Shown here: positions 20,512 to 30,510 of the stretch, in pieces
How the letters are laid out: each line of letters starts with the position of its first letter
How positions within the stretch are numbered: position 1 is the first letter of the stretch
IMG/VR virus record: IMGVR_UViG_3300007609_001486
Span: 18,511-82,510 of that record
DNA length: 64,000 nt
Reading direction: 5' to 3' (one strand)
Source: a virus
The notes under the pieces: model-generated
Database searches by the model: none
Told to the model about the DNA's origin: nothing
Seen by the model: the letters and a program-made list of their open reading frames with translations, nothing else
Program-made: the position numbers and the translations under genes

Positions 20512-21593
20512 TGTATACATATGATGATATAAAAGAAGTTCATTTAGAAGTAACACAGCGGTGTCAAGCATCTTGTCCTATGTGTGACCGTAATATGAAC
20601 GGCGGTGCAGATAATCCACATATAACAAACGCAGAACTAACACTTGCAGATTGCAAACGTATATTCAAACCAGAATTTATCAAACAATTAAAAACGATGT
20701 ACATGTGCGGCAATTTAGGCGATCCTATTGTTGCTAGAGATACGCTGGATATTTTTAAATATTTCAGGCAGCATAATCCAAGCATGTGGCTCAGTATGAA
20801 TACAAATGCAGGAGCAAGGGACGAAGACTGGTGGACTGAACTAGCTGATACATTGGGAAGAATGGGTGCTGTCATTTTTAGTGTAGACGGACTGAAAGAC
20901 ACTAATCATATATATAGGCAAGGAGTGAATTGGGAAATCGTAGAAAGGTCAATGCAGTCATTTATAAGGGCAGGCGGCCGAGCTAGGTGGGATTTTTTAA
21001 TTTTTCAACACAATGAACATCAGGTCGAAGAAGCAGAACAACTTGCAAGATCCTGGGGAGTAGAAAGATTTATAAAAAAGAAATCAGGCAGATTTGTTAC
21101 ATCAGATATTAAACCAAAAGAACTGCATCAAGCAATTAACAGAAAAGGTGAACATACGGCCAAAATAGCAAAGCCAAGTAAAGAAGTTAATGTTAATCTT
21201 GCGTTACAAAAGCAAAAAGAAATTGAAAAAACATATGGTAGTATGAAAGAGTATCTTAACAAATGTTCAATTAATTGCAAGGTTGCAGAACAAGGTAGTA
21301 TATTCATAACGGCAGAAGGTTTACTGATGCCATGCTGTTGGACAGCAGGTCGTATGTACAAATGGTGGCACCAAGATCCTAGGGTAGAGCAAATTTGGGA
21401 TCACATAGAAATGGCCGGCGGCAAAGAGGGCATAAACGTAATAAATAACGATATACAAGATGTAATTAATGGTAACCTAATAAAAAGTATTAGTGATAGC
21501 TGGTCGCTCACTGGAGTGGAAAATGGAAAATTAGGAGTTTGCGCTCAGAAGTGCGGTTCCGATTTTGATCCATTTTCTGAACAGTTCAAATAA
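20511..21593 (+). CDS. Radical SAM protein (CGNxGDP subfamily, C-terminal twitch)
   Basis: CQASCPMC, CGNLGDP, 'IFITAEGLLMPCCW' and CAQKC. Confidence 0.9.
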   Translation: MYTYDDIKEVHLEVTQRCQASCPMCDRNMNGGADNPHITNAELTLADCKRIFKPEFIKQLKTMYMCGNLGDPIVARDTLDIFKYFRQHNPSMWLSMNTNAGARDEDWWTELADTLGRMGAVIFSVDGLKDTNHIYRQGVNWEIVERSMQSFIRAGGRARWDFLIFQHNEHQVEEAEQLARSWGVERFIKKKSGRFVTSDIKPKELHQAINRKGEHTAKIAKPSKEVNVNLALQKQKEIEKTYGSMKEYLNKCSINCKVAEQGSIFITAEGLLMPCCWTAGRMYKWWHQDPRVEQIWDHIEMAGGKEGINVINNDIQDVINGNLIKSISDSWSLTGVENGKLGVCAQKCGSDFDPFSEQFK

Positions 21594-22819
21594 AATTCTC
21601 TAAGTTCAGGAAACGTAGATGTAAAATCTGTGTTTCTCAGCGCATCAAATTTTTGTAGACTGCTAGCAAATCTAGTTTTTGCAACATGTAATTTATTATC
21701 AGCTTCTCTTGTGTTTAGAAATGATTTAAGATGTGCTATATTCCAAGAATTGTTTCCTTGTATAATATTATTCAAAATATCTAGTTGTTGATTGGCTTGT
21801 GCAAATAATTCTTCGTCTACCTGTAAAAACTTTGCAGTGTATGGTAAAGGATCGTACCAAGGATTTATTTTTCTATCTCTTCGGTCGACTTTAGTATTGT
21901 CGTCATACCATTGATATAGTTCTGCCAAGTGTAGTGCATTAAATACACTATAACAAGTTTGAATATTTACATTAACATTTGCATTTTGCAAATTATTCAA
22001 AGTTTCTAACCATTTCTGCTGTTTTAGTCCGTAACGAACATATTCACCTTGTTTGCCATGTCCGTCGTGGCTGATAGTTATAATGCACTTTTTACCCCAT
22101 CTTGCGAGGTAGTCGTCAATAATGTTTATGCTTTTGTATTTGCTTATACTGCCATTAGTGTGAGACCAGATTGTAATTTTTTTATGAAGATTGTGTTTTA
22201 TCATTATTTCTAAAAGCTCATGGACATCTTCTTGCATAAAAGGTTCGCCGCCGTTTAGATGTATTTTTTCTATACTGTCTTGATGCTTTAGAATATAGTC
22301 TATTTTATTATCATTATTATTTCTCCATAATTTTGAATTTAGACTATCGCTATTGCATCCGTGTGCTAAGGCAAAAGCCTCGTTATAATTTTGTGCAATA
22401 GTGCTAGATAGTTCTCCATTACAACCAAGGCATGCAAAGTTACATTTATTGGTCCATAAAAAATCTAACATCACTGGAAATTGTTGCTGCATATACCCGG
22501 TTGAATCGGTTGCAATTATTGCCTCTTTAATTTTCGATCTTCCAAATTTATTAGAGGCATCTCTTACATCTGCAATTGAGCCTGTTTCTTTTTCAAAATT
22601 AGAACATGTATCGCATTCTTTAGGGAAAGTATTGTTGAGGAAAGATTTTCTGATATTCTTAAATTTCTCATTGTTAACAATAGATTCTAGATCTGCTTGA
22701 TGTGTAGATCCTAATTCTGTATACATTGCACAACATGCAGTTACTTTACCAAACTGTCCTTCGTATAGAGAAGTAAATGGCGCAGCACAAAACTTGTCGC
22801 CCATTTTGTTAGATACCAT
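21545..22819 (-). CDS. N-terminal twitch-domain radical SAM protein
   Basis: N-terminal CAAPF...ACC...CDTC, then CNFACLGC, GGEPF and TNG. C-terminal D..R...F...FPEL. Confidence 0.9.
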   Translation of the reverse strand: MVSNKMGDKFCAAPFTSLYEGQFGKVTACCAMYTELGSTHQADLESIVNNEKFKNIRKSFLNNTFPKECDTCSNFEKETGSIADVRDASNKFGRSKIKEAIIATDSTGYMQQQFPVMLDFLWTNKCNFACLGCNGELSSTIAQNYNEAFALAHGCNSDSLNSKLWRNNNDNKIDYILKHQDSIEKIHLNGGEPFMQEDVHELLEIMIKHNLHKKITIWSHTNGSISKYKSINIIDDYLARWGKKCIITISHDGHGKQGEYVRYGLKQQKWLETLNNLQNANVNVNIQTCYSVFNALHLAELYQWYDDNTKVDRRDRKINPWYDPLPYTAKFLQVDEELFAQANQQLDILNNIIQGNNSWNIAHLKSFLNTREADNKLHVAKTRFASSLQKFDALRNTDFTSTFPELREFYLNCSENGSKSEPHF

Positions 22820-22840
22820 AAAAATAATTTCCTTAAATAC

Positions 22841-22869
22841 TTGACCTAAATATTTATAAAGTGTATTAT
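22841..22869 (+). promoter_or_regulatory. Sigma70-type promoter TTGACC-N17-TATTAT
   Basis: 5/6 and 5/6 hexamer matches with 17 nt spacer, just upstream of ATG 22876. Confidence 0.55.
22851..22858 (-). promoter_or_regulatory. T4-late-type promoter TATAAATA
   Basis: Perfect consensus on the - strand, 31 nt upstream of the 22819 start, with an AAGGA SD. Confidence 0.65.
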
Positions 22870-22875
22870 AGTGTA

Positions 22876-23502
22876 ATGTTTGAATTAGAGTCTCTTAATA
22901 AAATTGAATTAGAAATTACTAGTAATTGTAATGCTGCTTGTCCGGGTTGTGCAAGAACGCTTAATCCTGATAAATTTTCAATCAATACGATAACTTTTGC
23001 CGATATAAAACAAATGTTCCCTTCACGTAGCACAATCGAAGGTAAAAAATTTAAATTCTGCGGAGTTTTAGGAGATCCTGCTTTTAATAAAGAATGTGTA
23101 GATATGGTAGATTACCTAGTTTCGTATGACGGGTTTTGTGAAATTAGCACAAACGGAGGAATACAGTCGGCCGACTGGTGGTCTAAATTAGGCAAAATAG
23201 CCTCAAGTAGTCCTAACTTACTCCATATACATTTTTGCGTCGACGGTTACAAAGAAACTAATCATATATATCGTGTTAACACAATATATGATGTTATTGA
23301 TAGAAATATGCAAGCATTTTGTGATTCAGCTCCTCCTAATCACGCTAGTTGGATTTATATAGTATTCGATCATAATGAACACGAATTACTATTAGCTGAA
23401 CAACGTGCAAAAGAATTAAATTTTATGTTTGCAACTAGAACCGGTATGCGTAATAGTTACAACGAATGGATTGCTCAAATTAAGAAGAAAAAAAATGTCT
23501 AA
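22876..23502 (+). CDS. Radical SAM protein (CGxxGDP subfamily), N-terminal part of a split/frameshifted gene
   Basis: CNAACPGC, CGVLGDP and TNGG. Ends right after an A8 run. ATG 22876 preferred over GTG 22861. Confidence 0.8.
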   Translation: MFELESLNKIELEITSNCNAACPGCARTLNPDKFSINTITFADIKQMFPSRSTIEGKKFKFCGVLGDPAFNKECVDMVDYLVSYDGFCEISTNGGIQSADWWSKLGKIASSSPNLLHIHFCVDGYKETNHIYRVNTIYDVIDRNMQAFCDSAPPNHASWIYIVFDHNEHELLLAEQRAKELNFMFATRTGMRNSYNEWIAQIKKKKNV

Positions 23503-23953
23503 CAAAATAATAATAACAACAACAGGTTCTAAAGAACACAGTAAAAAAGATATAGTACAAGAACTAGATAATTTTATTAAAGAATATGAAGATCATAACC
23601 TTGATGAGGAAAAACTCAAAGAAGTTCTTAATAGTATTGTATGCAAATATGTGCACGAAGGAGAAATTTTTATTGCTAGCGATAAAACAGTTTGGCCGTG
23701 CTGCTTTCTCTGGGATAGTTATTTTAGAAACAAAGACAATATAAAAGAAACATTTTCTGACTTTAGAGAAAACTGGAATAGTTTACAGGAAAATAACATT
23801 GATGATATTTTGTCTCATCCTTGGTTTAAAACCATACTAGGAGAAAGTTGGGACCCTCGACACCCCAAGCATATTAGTCGTTGTATTAGAACGTGTGCTA
23901 AGAATAAAGCATACCACAATGAAATAAATTACAAAGATACCACGAACAAATAA
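23495..23953 (+). CDS. C-terminal twitch-domain part of the split radical SAM gene
   Basis: 'IVC...EIFIASDKTVWPCCFL...CIRTC' matches the C-termini of paralogues 20511 and 31611. +1 frame relative to the upstream ORF. Confidence 0.75.
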   Translation: MSNKIIITTTGSKEHSKKDIVQELDNFIKEYEDHNLDEEKLKEVLNSIVCKYVHEGEIFIASDKTVWPCCFLWDSYFRNKDNIKETFSDFRENWNSLQENNIDDILSHPWFKTILGESWDPRHPKHISRCIRTCAKNKAYHNEINYKDTTNK

Positions 23954-23969
23954 CATACTGATGTATAAA

Positions 23970-23977
23970 GGTAAGTA
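23970..23977 (+). promoter_or_regulatory. Late-like promoter variant GGTAAGTA, 5 nt before ATG
   Basis: TAAGTA core with the same spacing as other enzyme starts. Confidence 0.35.
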
Positions 23978-23982
23978 AATTT

Positions 23983-25395
23983 ATGAAAAATAAAATATCC
24001 GATACCTGGTGCATTCTGCCCTGGGTACATTTAAGCACTCGGCCTGATGGAAGTATGAGGGTATGTTGTACAGCAAATGCAAGTTCGGTAGGTCCTACTA
24101 ACGATAAAGAACACGGCGGACAAGTTGGTATACTAAAAACTGAAGACGGAAAACCTAACAATCTAAATGTAAGCGACTTTGAAACAGCATGGAATAGCAC
24201 ATACATGCGCAATGTGCGCAAACAAATGCTTAATGGCGAAATACCTCCGAGTTGTGTGAAATGTTTTAAAGAAGAAGCAGCCGGTCATAACAGTAAAAGA
24301 ATGTGGGAAACACACTACTGGAGCCAACGAGTTGATGTAGATAAGTTAATTCAAAATACTGCCGAGGACGGTAGTGTTCCTCCTCAGTTGGCATATATTG
24401 ATTTGCGATTTGGTACTAAGTGTCAATTAGCGTGTGTAATGTGTTCTCCCCATGACAGTTCGGGCTGGATTAAAGACTATAAAGCAATTTTTCCAGCAGT
24501 AGAAAATGCATCACTAAAAGAAACTATGCAGTGGCAGGACAAAGGAAGTTATAACGGAAGTAGTTATAATTGGCATAAACAGAATCCTGTATTCTGGGAG
24601 CAGTTCTATGAGCAAATGCCAAATATGCAGCAAATTTATTTTGCAGGCGGCGAAAGTCTTATTATCGAAGAGCATTACGAAATATTAGAGCATGCAATAA
24701 AAATGGGATATGCGAAAGATCTTGAATTGCGTTATAATTCGAATGGTGTCGAATGGCGAGAAGATTTATTTGATTTGTGGAAAGAGTTTAAATTAGTTCG
24801 ATTCCATTATAGTGTTGATAGTATACACAAAATGAATGACTATATTCGTTATCCAAGCAAATGGGACAGAACACGAGAAGTGTTCCATATTTTAGATAAA
24901 GAAACATCAAATAATGTCGAAGTTACTGTTGCTTGTGCAGTACAAGCATTAAACATTTATTATATTCCTGATTTCATTCGTTGGAAACTAGAAGAAGGAT
25001 TTAATAAAATTAACATGTGGCCATTTGGAGCGGGCGGTGTTAACTATCATTTTGTATATCATCCTCCGCACTTAAATGTTAAAGTATTACCCAAATGGTT
25101 TAAAGAAGAAGTACGCAGAAAATATGAAGAATTTTATCCATGGTGGGAAGAAAATTGGGAATTAGGTGTCCCTAATTGGCATCGAGGCAAAGTTACAAAG
25201 GAACAGTTTATGGAAGCAGGATATGGGATTAAACGCTTGAAAGGAATGCTACAGTTTATGGAAAGTGAAGACTGGAGTATACGTTTACCTGAAATGAAAG
25301 AATTTTTAGATTTATGCGATAAACAGCGCGGAATAACATTTGCAGAAACATTTCCAGAGATGAAAAATATTTTTAGTGAGGACCCTAATGTTTGA
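23983..25395 (+). CDS. N-terminal twitch-domain radical SAM protein
   Basis: CILPWVH...DG..RVCC...CVKC, then CQLACVMC and FAGGE. Confidence 0.9.
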   Translation: MKNKISDTWCILPWVHLSTRPDGSMRVCCTANASSVGPTNDKEHGGQVGILKTEDGKPNNLNVSDFETAWNSTYMRNVRKQMLNGEIPPSCVKCFKEEAAGHNSKRMWETHYWSQRVDVDKLIQNTAEDGSVPPQLAYIDLRFGTKCQLACVMCSPHDSSGWIKDYKAIFPAVENASLKETMQWQDKGSYNGSSYNWHKQNPVFWEQFYEQMPNMQQIYFAGGESLIIEEHYEILEHAIKMGYAKDLELRYNSNGVEWREDLFDLWKEFKLVRFHYSVDSIHKMNDYIRYPSKWDRTREVFHILDKETSNNVEVTVACAVQALNIYYIPDFIRWKLEEGFNKINMWPFGAGGVNYHFVYHPPHLNVKVLPKWFKEEVRRKYEEFYPWWEENWELGVPNWHRGKVTKEQFMEAGYGIKRLKGMLQFMESEDWSIRLPEMKEFLDLCDKQRGITFAETFPEMKNIFSEDPNV

Positions 25396-26215
25396 AGATA
25401 ATAATCTACTTTACAAAGACTTACATGAAAACTTAATCAAAGAAACAATTAGTGGTTTAGATATCTATCTAGATCCAAACTGGAAAAAAATTGCAGTAAA
25501 TCTCAGTGGCGGTGCAGACAGTGCATTACTAACCTATATAGTTTGCAGTATCATTAAAAAATACAAACTCAACATTCGAGTAAATGTTATTACATACCAA
25601 AGATGCTGGACAACTAGACCTTGGCAAGGATGGTGGAGTATACAGGTTTATAACAAGCTAAAAAGTTATTTTCCAAATATTATTGCAGATAGAATTACAA
25701 ATTATATTCCTCCTGAATTAGAATATGGAGTTTCTGGACCTATTATAGACGGTAGAAGTGGAGATCAAATTATTGTTGGAAGTTTCAATAAATTTGCTGC
25801 ATGGGAATATAATCTAGATGCAATTTTTAATGCTACAAGTAAGAACCCTGATAACGATACTAGAAGTGATAGAATGAATAATAGAGACGGTGATGCTGCT
25901 AGTGGAAATGTAAAAGATGTGTGGTCTCATAACGATACATTAAATGTTGTATTGGCGCATCCGTTTAAATATGTACAAAAGGATTGGATAGTAACACAAT
26001 ATCATGTGTTAGATATTATAGAATTGTACGATACAACAAGAAGTTGCGAGGGAGACATTAATCTTCATTCAGAAATTAAAAGAGCAGTACCCTCGGCGAC
26101 TGATTATGTAGAAGGCATGAAGATTCCAACTTGTGGAGAATGTTGGTGGTGTTACGAACGAGAATGGGCAGAGAGTAGAGTACAAACAATGATGGAAGCT
26201 CTTAACAATGTCTGA
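25388..26215 (+). CDS. QueC-like PP-loop ATP pyrophosphatase (adenine nucleotide alpha-hydrolase family)
   Basis: SGGADS PP-loop. C-terminal TRSC...CGECWWC..R Zn-type motif as in QueC. Confidence 0.7.
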   Translation: MFEDNNLLYKDLHENLIKETISGLDIYLDPNWKKIAVNLSGGADSALLTYIVCSIIKKYKLNIRVNVITYQRCWTTRPWQGWWSIQVYNKLKSYFPNIIADRITNYIPPELEYGVSGPIIDGRSGDQIIVGSFNKFAAWEYNLDAIFNATSKNPDNDTRSDRMNNRDGDAASGNVKDVWSHNDTLNVVLAHPFKYVQKDWIVTQYHVLDIIELYDTTRSCEGDINLHSEIKRAVPSATDYVEGMKIPTCGECWWCYEREWAESRVQTMMEALNNV

Positions 26216-27527
26216 CACATTTTGTCCTATACCTTGGATATTTCAGGCTGCTAGGGCAAACGGAGATCTGCGAGTTTGTTGTCAAGCCAATGTTACAGAA
26301 AATAGGGGCGTAATACGGAAATCCAACGGGAATGCTTACAATGCGGGATCGGATGACTTAGACGAAGCAAGAAACGCAGATATTATGAAAGAAATGCGTA
26401 TTAACATGCTCCAAGGTGTTTGGAATAACGAATGCGGAAGATGCAAAGCAGAGGAAGAAGCAGGTCTAAATAGTAGAAGACAATACGAAAATGAAAATTG
26501 GAATTTTTCTGTTCAAGATGCAGCATTAGTGACTGATGCAGATGGCACAATTGATGTAGAACAATCTCCTGTCCAATATTATGATTTACGGTTTGGAAAT
26601 TTTTGTAATCTAAAATGCCGTATGTGCGGACCAACCGATAGCAATGCCTGGTACGATGATTGGATTAAACTTACAGGTTCTAATTTTTTTAAAGAAACAA
26701 GCGGCAATGTAGAAATAAAAGAAGTAAACGGAAAATTGTGTGCGAGCGAATATGACTGGCCCAATCATGAACCGTTTTGGGAATATCTTGAAAAACATAT
26801 TGAAAACATTGGACATATCTATTTTGCCGGCGGCGAGCCAATGTTGATTGAACGTCATTATGATTTCCTACAACGCTGTATAGATCAAGGACATGCAAAG
26901 AATATAATTATTGAATACAATACTAATATGAGTACACTACCGCCTAGAGTATCAAAGATGTGGGAGAGTTTTAAACAAGTTCGTGTTGGCGCAAGCGTCG
27001 ACGGTTACGGTAAAGTTTTAGAGTATCAAAGATATCCTGCAAAGTGGGAAAAAATATATAAAAACTTGCAAACGCTAGACGCTATGCCAAAAAATATCTA
27101 TGGGTGGTTAGCGTTTACTGTTACAGCATACAATGTAAATCATATGATAGATTTTATGAAATGGAAACTGACTGAAAGTGGATTTACGACTATCAATAGT
27201 ACATTAAAACGTCCTGTTATTACGCATCATGTTGCTCATCATCCTAAGCACCTGAATATTAGAGTCTTGCCAGAAGATGCAAAACAAAAATTAACAAAAC
27301 GTTTTGAAGAATTTATAAAATGGATTAATGATAATAATTTTGAAAGCCATGTGGTAAAACATGCTACAGATATAGCAACTGGTGTTTGTAATTATATGAA
27401 TTCTGAAAGTTATTACGACACACATTGGAACGAATTTAAAACTTATACGAAGAAGCTAGATACCATGCGTAACGAAAGTTTATTTGAAATAGAACCTGCA
27501 TTTAAGGAATATATAGATGAGTTTTGA
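26208..27527 (+). CDS. N-terminal twitch-domain radical SAM protein
   Basis: CPIPW...RVCC...CGRC, then CNLKCRMC and FAGGEP. Confidence 0.9.
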   Translation: MSDTFCPIPWIFQAARANGDLRVCCQANVTENRGVIRKSNGNAYNAGSDDLDEARNADIMKEMRINMLQGVWNNECGRCKAEEEAGLNSRRQYENENWNFSVQDAALVTDADGTIDVEQSPVQYYDLRFGNFCNLKCRMCGPTDSNAWYDDWIKLTGSNFFKETSGNVEIKEVNGKLCASEYDWPNHEPFWEYLEKHIENIGHIYFAGGEPMLIERHYDFLQRCIDQGHAKNIIIEYNTNMSTLPPRVSKMWESFKQVRVGASVDGYGKVLEYQRYPAKWEKIYKNLQTLDAMPKNIYGWLAFTVTAYNVNHMIDFMKWKLTESGFTTINSTLKRPVITHHVAHHPKHLNIRVLPEDAKQKLTKRFEEFIKWINDNNFESHVVKHATDIATGVCNYMNSESYYDTHWNEFKTYTKKLDTMRNESLFEIEPAFKEYIDEF

Positions 27528-28728
27528 TACAATTGATTTACTTACAGGGGGAGTATTTCAGGTAACTTGGGATACAGGTCGTAGATGTAATTACGATTGT
27601 TCATACTGCCCCGCAATACGGCACGATAATTTTTCTCCGCATGCAACATTAGAAGAATTAAAAAATAACACAGACTTCCTATTTGAATATATTGACTTGC
27701 ATATGCAGTATAGAAAATATAAGTCTGCTAATATAGGGTTTACTGGAGGAGAGCCCACCGTTAATCCTAATTTTATTCCATTTGCCAAATACCTTAAAAC
27801 AGAATACGAAAACAAATACAGAGATAAATGGAACTGCGGATTTGCGCTTACGACAAATGGTGCAATGGGTAAAAAAATGGCCAATGCGGTCATGGAAAAC
27901 TTTGGCTTTGCAACAGTTAGTTATCATGCTGAGAGTGATAACAAATTAAAACAGCAGGTTAGAGACAGAATTATGCAATTCCATACCGAAGGACCTGACC
28001 ACAATTTTGGTGTTAGTGTTAATGTAATGTTTCATGCAGCCTACTTTGACGAATGTAAAGACCTATGTGATTTCCTACATGATAATGGTGTTAAATATGT
28101 GCCTCGTGTAATAGGAGAAGAACCAGGAAGTCGAAGTAATTTTGCTCACACCTATTCAGACGATCAACTTGATTACATGAAAAATTATTGGCAATACAAA
28201 AATGCTGAATTAAATGGAGAGAAAGAAGTTTCAGACCGTCTTAGGGCCACAGGCGAACCGACTCCAGAAGAAATAAAAGCCAAAGAATTAGAAATAATAA
28301 AGAAAAAAGAATCCGAAAAGAAAGGTTATAAAATAGGAAGGCCGTGTTGCGGAAGCAGAGAAATGTGTCTAAGTAACGCGGGCGAAAGCAGAAAGAGTAC
28401 TTTCGTTGACTTTAGAGAGTTTAAAGGTTGGCATTGCAGTGTAAATTGGTTCTTCCTGCATCTAGAGCAACAAACAGATAGTGTATTCCATCATCAAACC
28501 TGTCAAGCAAGGTTTGATAAAACTAGAGGGCCTATAGGAAAAATTAGTGAAGGAAAAAAACTTATAGCCCAATTAAAACAACAAATGGAAAGCGGAACTT
28601 TACCTACTGTGATATGTCCTAAACATACATGCGGATGCGGATTATGTGCACCTAAAAGCCAGTATGAAGAGAATTACTACGATGTTATTAAAGGTCATAT
28701 AGATACAAATATTATTGGAAAAGCATAA
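27517..28728 (+). CDS. Radical SAM protein (FKGWxC subfamily) with Cys-rich C-terminus
   Basis: CNYDCSYC, TGGEPT, RPCC, FKGWHC and CPKHTCGCGLC. Confidence 0.9.
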   Translation: MSFDTIDLLTGGVFQVTWDTGRRCNYDCSYCPAIRHDNFSPHATLEELKNNTDFLFEYIDLHMQYRKYKSANIGFTGGEPTVNPNFIPFAKYLKTEYENKYRDKWNCGFALTTNGAMGKKMANAVMENFGFATVSYHAESDNKLKQQVRDRIMQFHTEGPDHNFGVSVNVMFHAAYFDECKDLCDFLHDNGVKYVPRVIGEEPGSRSNFAHTYSDDQLDYMKNYWQYKNAELNGEKEVSDRLRATGEPTPEEIKAKELEIIKKKESEKKGYKIGRPCCGSREMCLSNAGESRKSTFVDFREFKGWHCSVNWFFLHLEQQTDSVFHHQTCQARFDKTRGPIGKISEGKKLIAQLKQQMESGTLPTVICPKHTCGCGLCAPKSQYEENYYDVIKGHIDTNIIGKA

Positions 28729-28732
28729 AGTT

Positions 28733-29959
28733 ATGTCAAGAAATACATATTGTAAATATCCCTTTAAACAACTGGCAATGAAAAATTTTGAAAATAATAA
28801 AGCAAGGTCGTTTTGGCCTTGTTGTAACATGCCAAACACTCAAGAAGGAGTTTATGATCCTGATGTTTTAGGTACCGGAGAAATAAGCAATTTGACTCCG
28901 GAAGAAATGTTTAATCATCCTAGAATGGACCAATTGCGCAATAATCTTATTGCAGGAATAAGAGATCCTGCATGTAGTGTATGCTGGAAAATGGAAGATA
29001 AAGGACTTAAATCATATAGAAATAATTCTTTTGACGAAAACACCGCTCTAGATTATGAAAAAAATCTAGAAATAATTGATGTGACTATTTCAAATATTTG
29101 TAACCTTAGGTGTAGAATGTGCACCCCTGGTAACAGTAATCTGTTAATGAAAGACCACAAATACTTCGAAGAAAACAATTTATTATCAGAATTAGGCGAT
29201 GCAATTAAAGACAGATGGAGCGCAAGTGTACCGCATGCTACACACCAGTCTCCTCAGTGGAAATGGCTTTTAGAAAATCCTAGTAAAATTAAAATGCTTA
29301 AAATGTCAGGAGGAGAACCATTTTATGATAAAGAAGTGATCAAACTTTTGCAAAGCTATATTGACAATGACACTGCAAAGGATATAGTCTTAGCCTTTCA
29401 CACAAACGGAACACAATTTGACGATAATCTGATAAGCATGCTTCAACAATTTAAAGGAAATAAACATACACTCAGCATAGACGGCGTCAACAAGGTTTAT
29501 GACTATATCAGATATCCAGGAACATTTAAAGAAATAGAAAATCAGTTACCAAAATATATCAGTGAAGTTGTTGACGTAGAAGATTGGGTTGATTTTAATT
29601 TTGTTTTGACCTCTCTAAATGTGCTTAATGCTGGCGATTACATAAAATGGTGTTTATCCCTTGTGCAAAAGCCTGCTCTTGTTTTTACAGAAGTATATCC
29701 TACCGAGCGTGGCATTGCAATTAAAAGACTGCCTTGCTATATATTAGAGGAAGCAAAACGCAGAATTATACCTTATATGGATGTTCCTTATGTAGATTAC
29801 GCAGTGAGCGAACTTATAAATCAAATTAATTGGGCAATAAAGAATAATAACGAAGATAAGAGTTTATTGCTAAAGGAAATTACATTGTTTGATAGATCGA
29901 GGAATCAATATTTTGGAGATTATATAGATCCATTGCTTACAGATTGGTTAGAATCATGA
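28733..29959 (+). CDS. N-terminal twitch-domain radical SAM protein
   Basis: CKYPF...PCC...CSVC, then CNLRCRMC and SGGEPF. Start may be TTG 28715. Confidence 0.9.
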   Translation: MSRNTYCKYPFKQLAMKNFENNKARSFWPCCNMPNTQEGVYDPDVLGTGEISNLTPEEMFNHPRMDQLRNNLIAGIRDPACSVCWKMEDKGLKSYRNNSFDENTALDYEKNLEIIDVTISNICNLRCRMCTPGNSNLLMKDHKYFEENNLLSELGDAIKDRWSASVPHATHQSPQWKWLLENPSKIKMLKMSGGEPFYDKEVIKLLQSYIDNDTAKDIVLAFHTNGTQFDDNLISMLQQFKGNKHTLSIDGVNKVYDYIRYPGTFKEIENQLPKYISEVVDVEDWVDFNFVLTSLNVLNAGDYIKWCLSLVQKPALVFTEVYPTERGIAIKRLPCYILEEAKRRIIPYMDVPYVDYAVSELINQINWAIKNNNEDKSLLLKEITLFDRSRNQYFGDYIDPLLTDWLES

Positions 29960-30510
29960 TAATAACCGGAAATCCAAATCAAGGACTAGCCCGAGCACTA
30001 TCTAAAATTTTTCCGACTGCAGAATTTTTCAGTAAGTCGACCGGATGGGATTTATGCAAAACAGAACACCAGCAACAATTTGCAAAACTCTGTCTATCCC
30101 ATGACACAATTATAAACTGTGTAGCACTATGGCGGTTTGAACAAACCACCCTCTTAGACGCAATATATAGGTCGTGTGTGGACGCAAATCATACTCCGCA
30201 TATAGTATGCATAGGAAGCACAACTGACAGAGTAAAAAACGGAAAGCCTTGGCTATATAATGCAGAGAAAAAAGCACTCAGGGATTACAGTAACACTTTA
30301 GCTATAGGCGGAGTGTGGTCTGACAAACCAAAAGTAAGTTATATTAGTTTTGGCACACTTTCAAACAAGCAAGAAAAACATACTGATAGAAAGTGTCTTG
30401 ATATAGACACAGCTGCTCAGTACGTTCAGTGGTTGATAGAACAACCTAAACATGTTAATATAAATGAGATAAGTATAGATCCTATGCAATGCGAGAAATG
30501 GTATGAATGA
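29956..30510 (+). CDS. Short-chain dehydrogenase/reductase
   Basis: 'IITGNPNQGLA' Rossmann motif and YNAEK (YxxxK). ATGA overlap with the upstream stop. Confidence 0.7.
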   Translation: MIITGNPNQGLARALSKIFPTAEFFSKSTGWDLCKTEHQQQFAKLCLSHDTIINCVALWRFEQTTLLDAIYRSCVDANHTPHIVCIGSTTDRVKNGKPWLYNAEKKALRDYSNTLAIGGVWSDKPKVSYISFGTLSNKQEKHTDRKCLDIDTAAQYVQWLIEQPKHVNINEISIDPMQCEKWYE

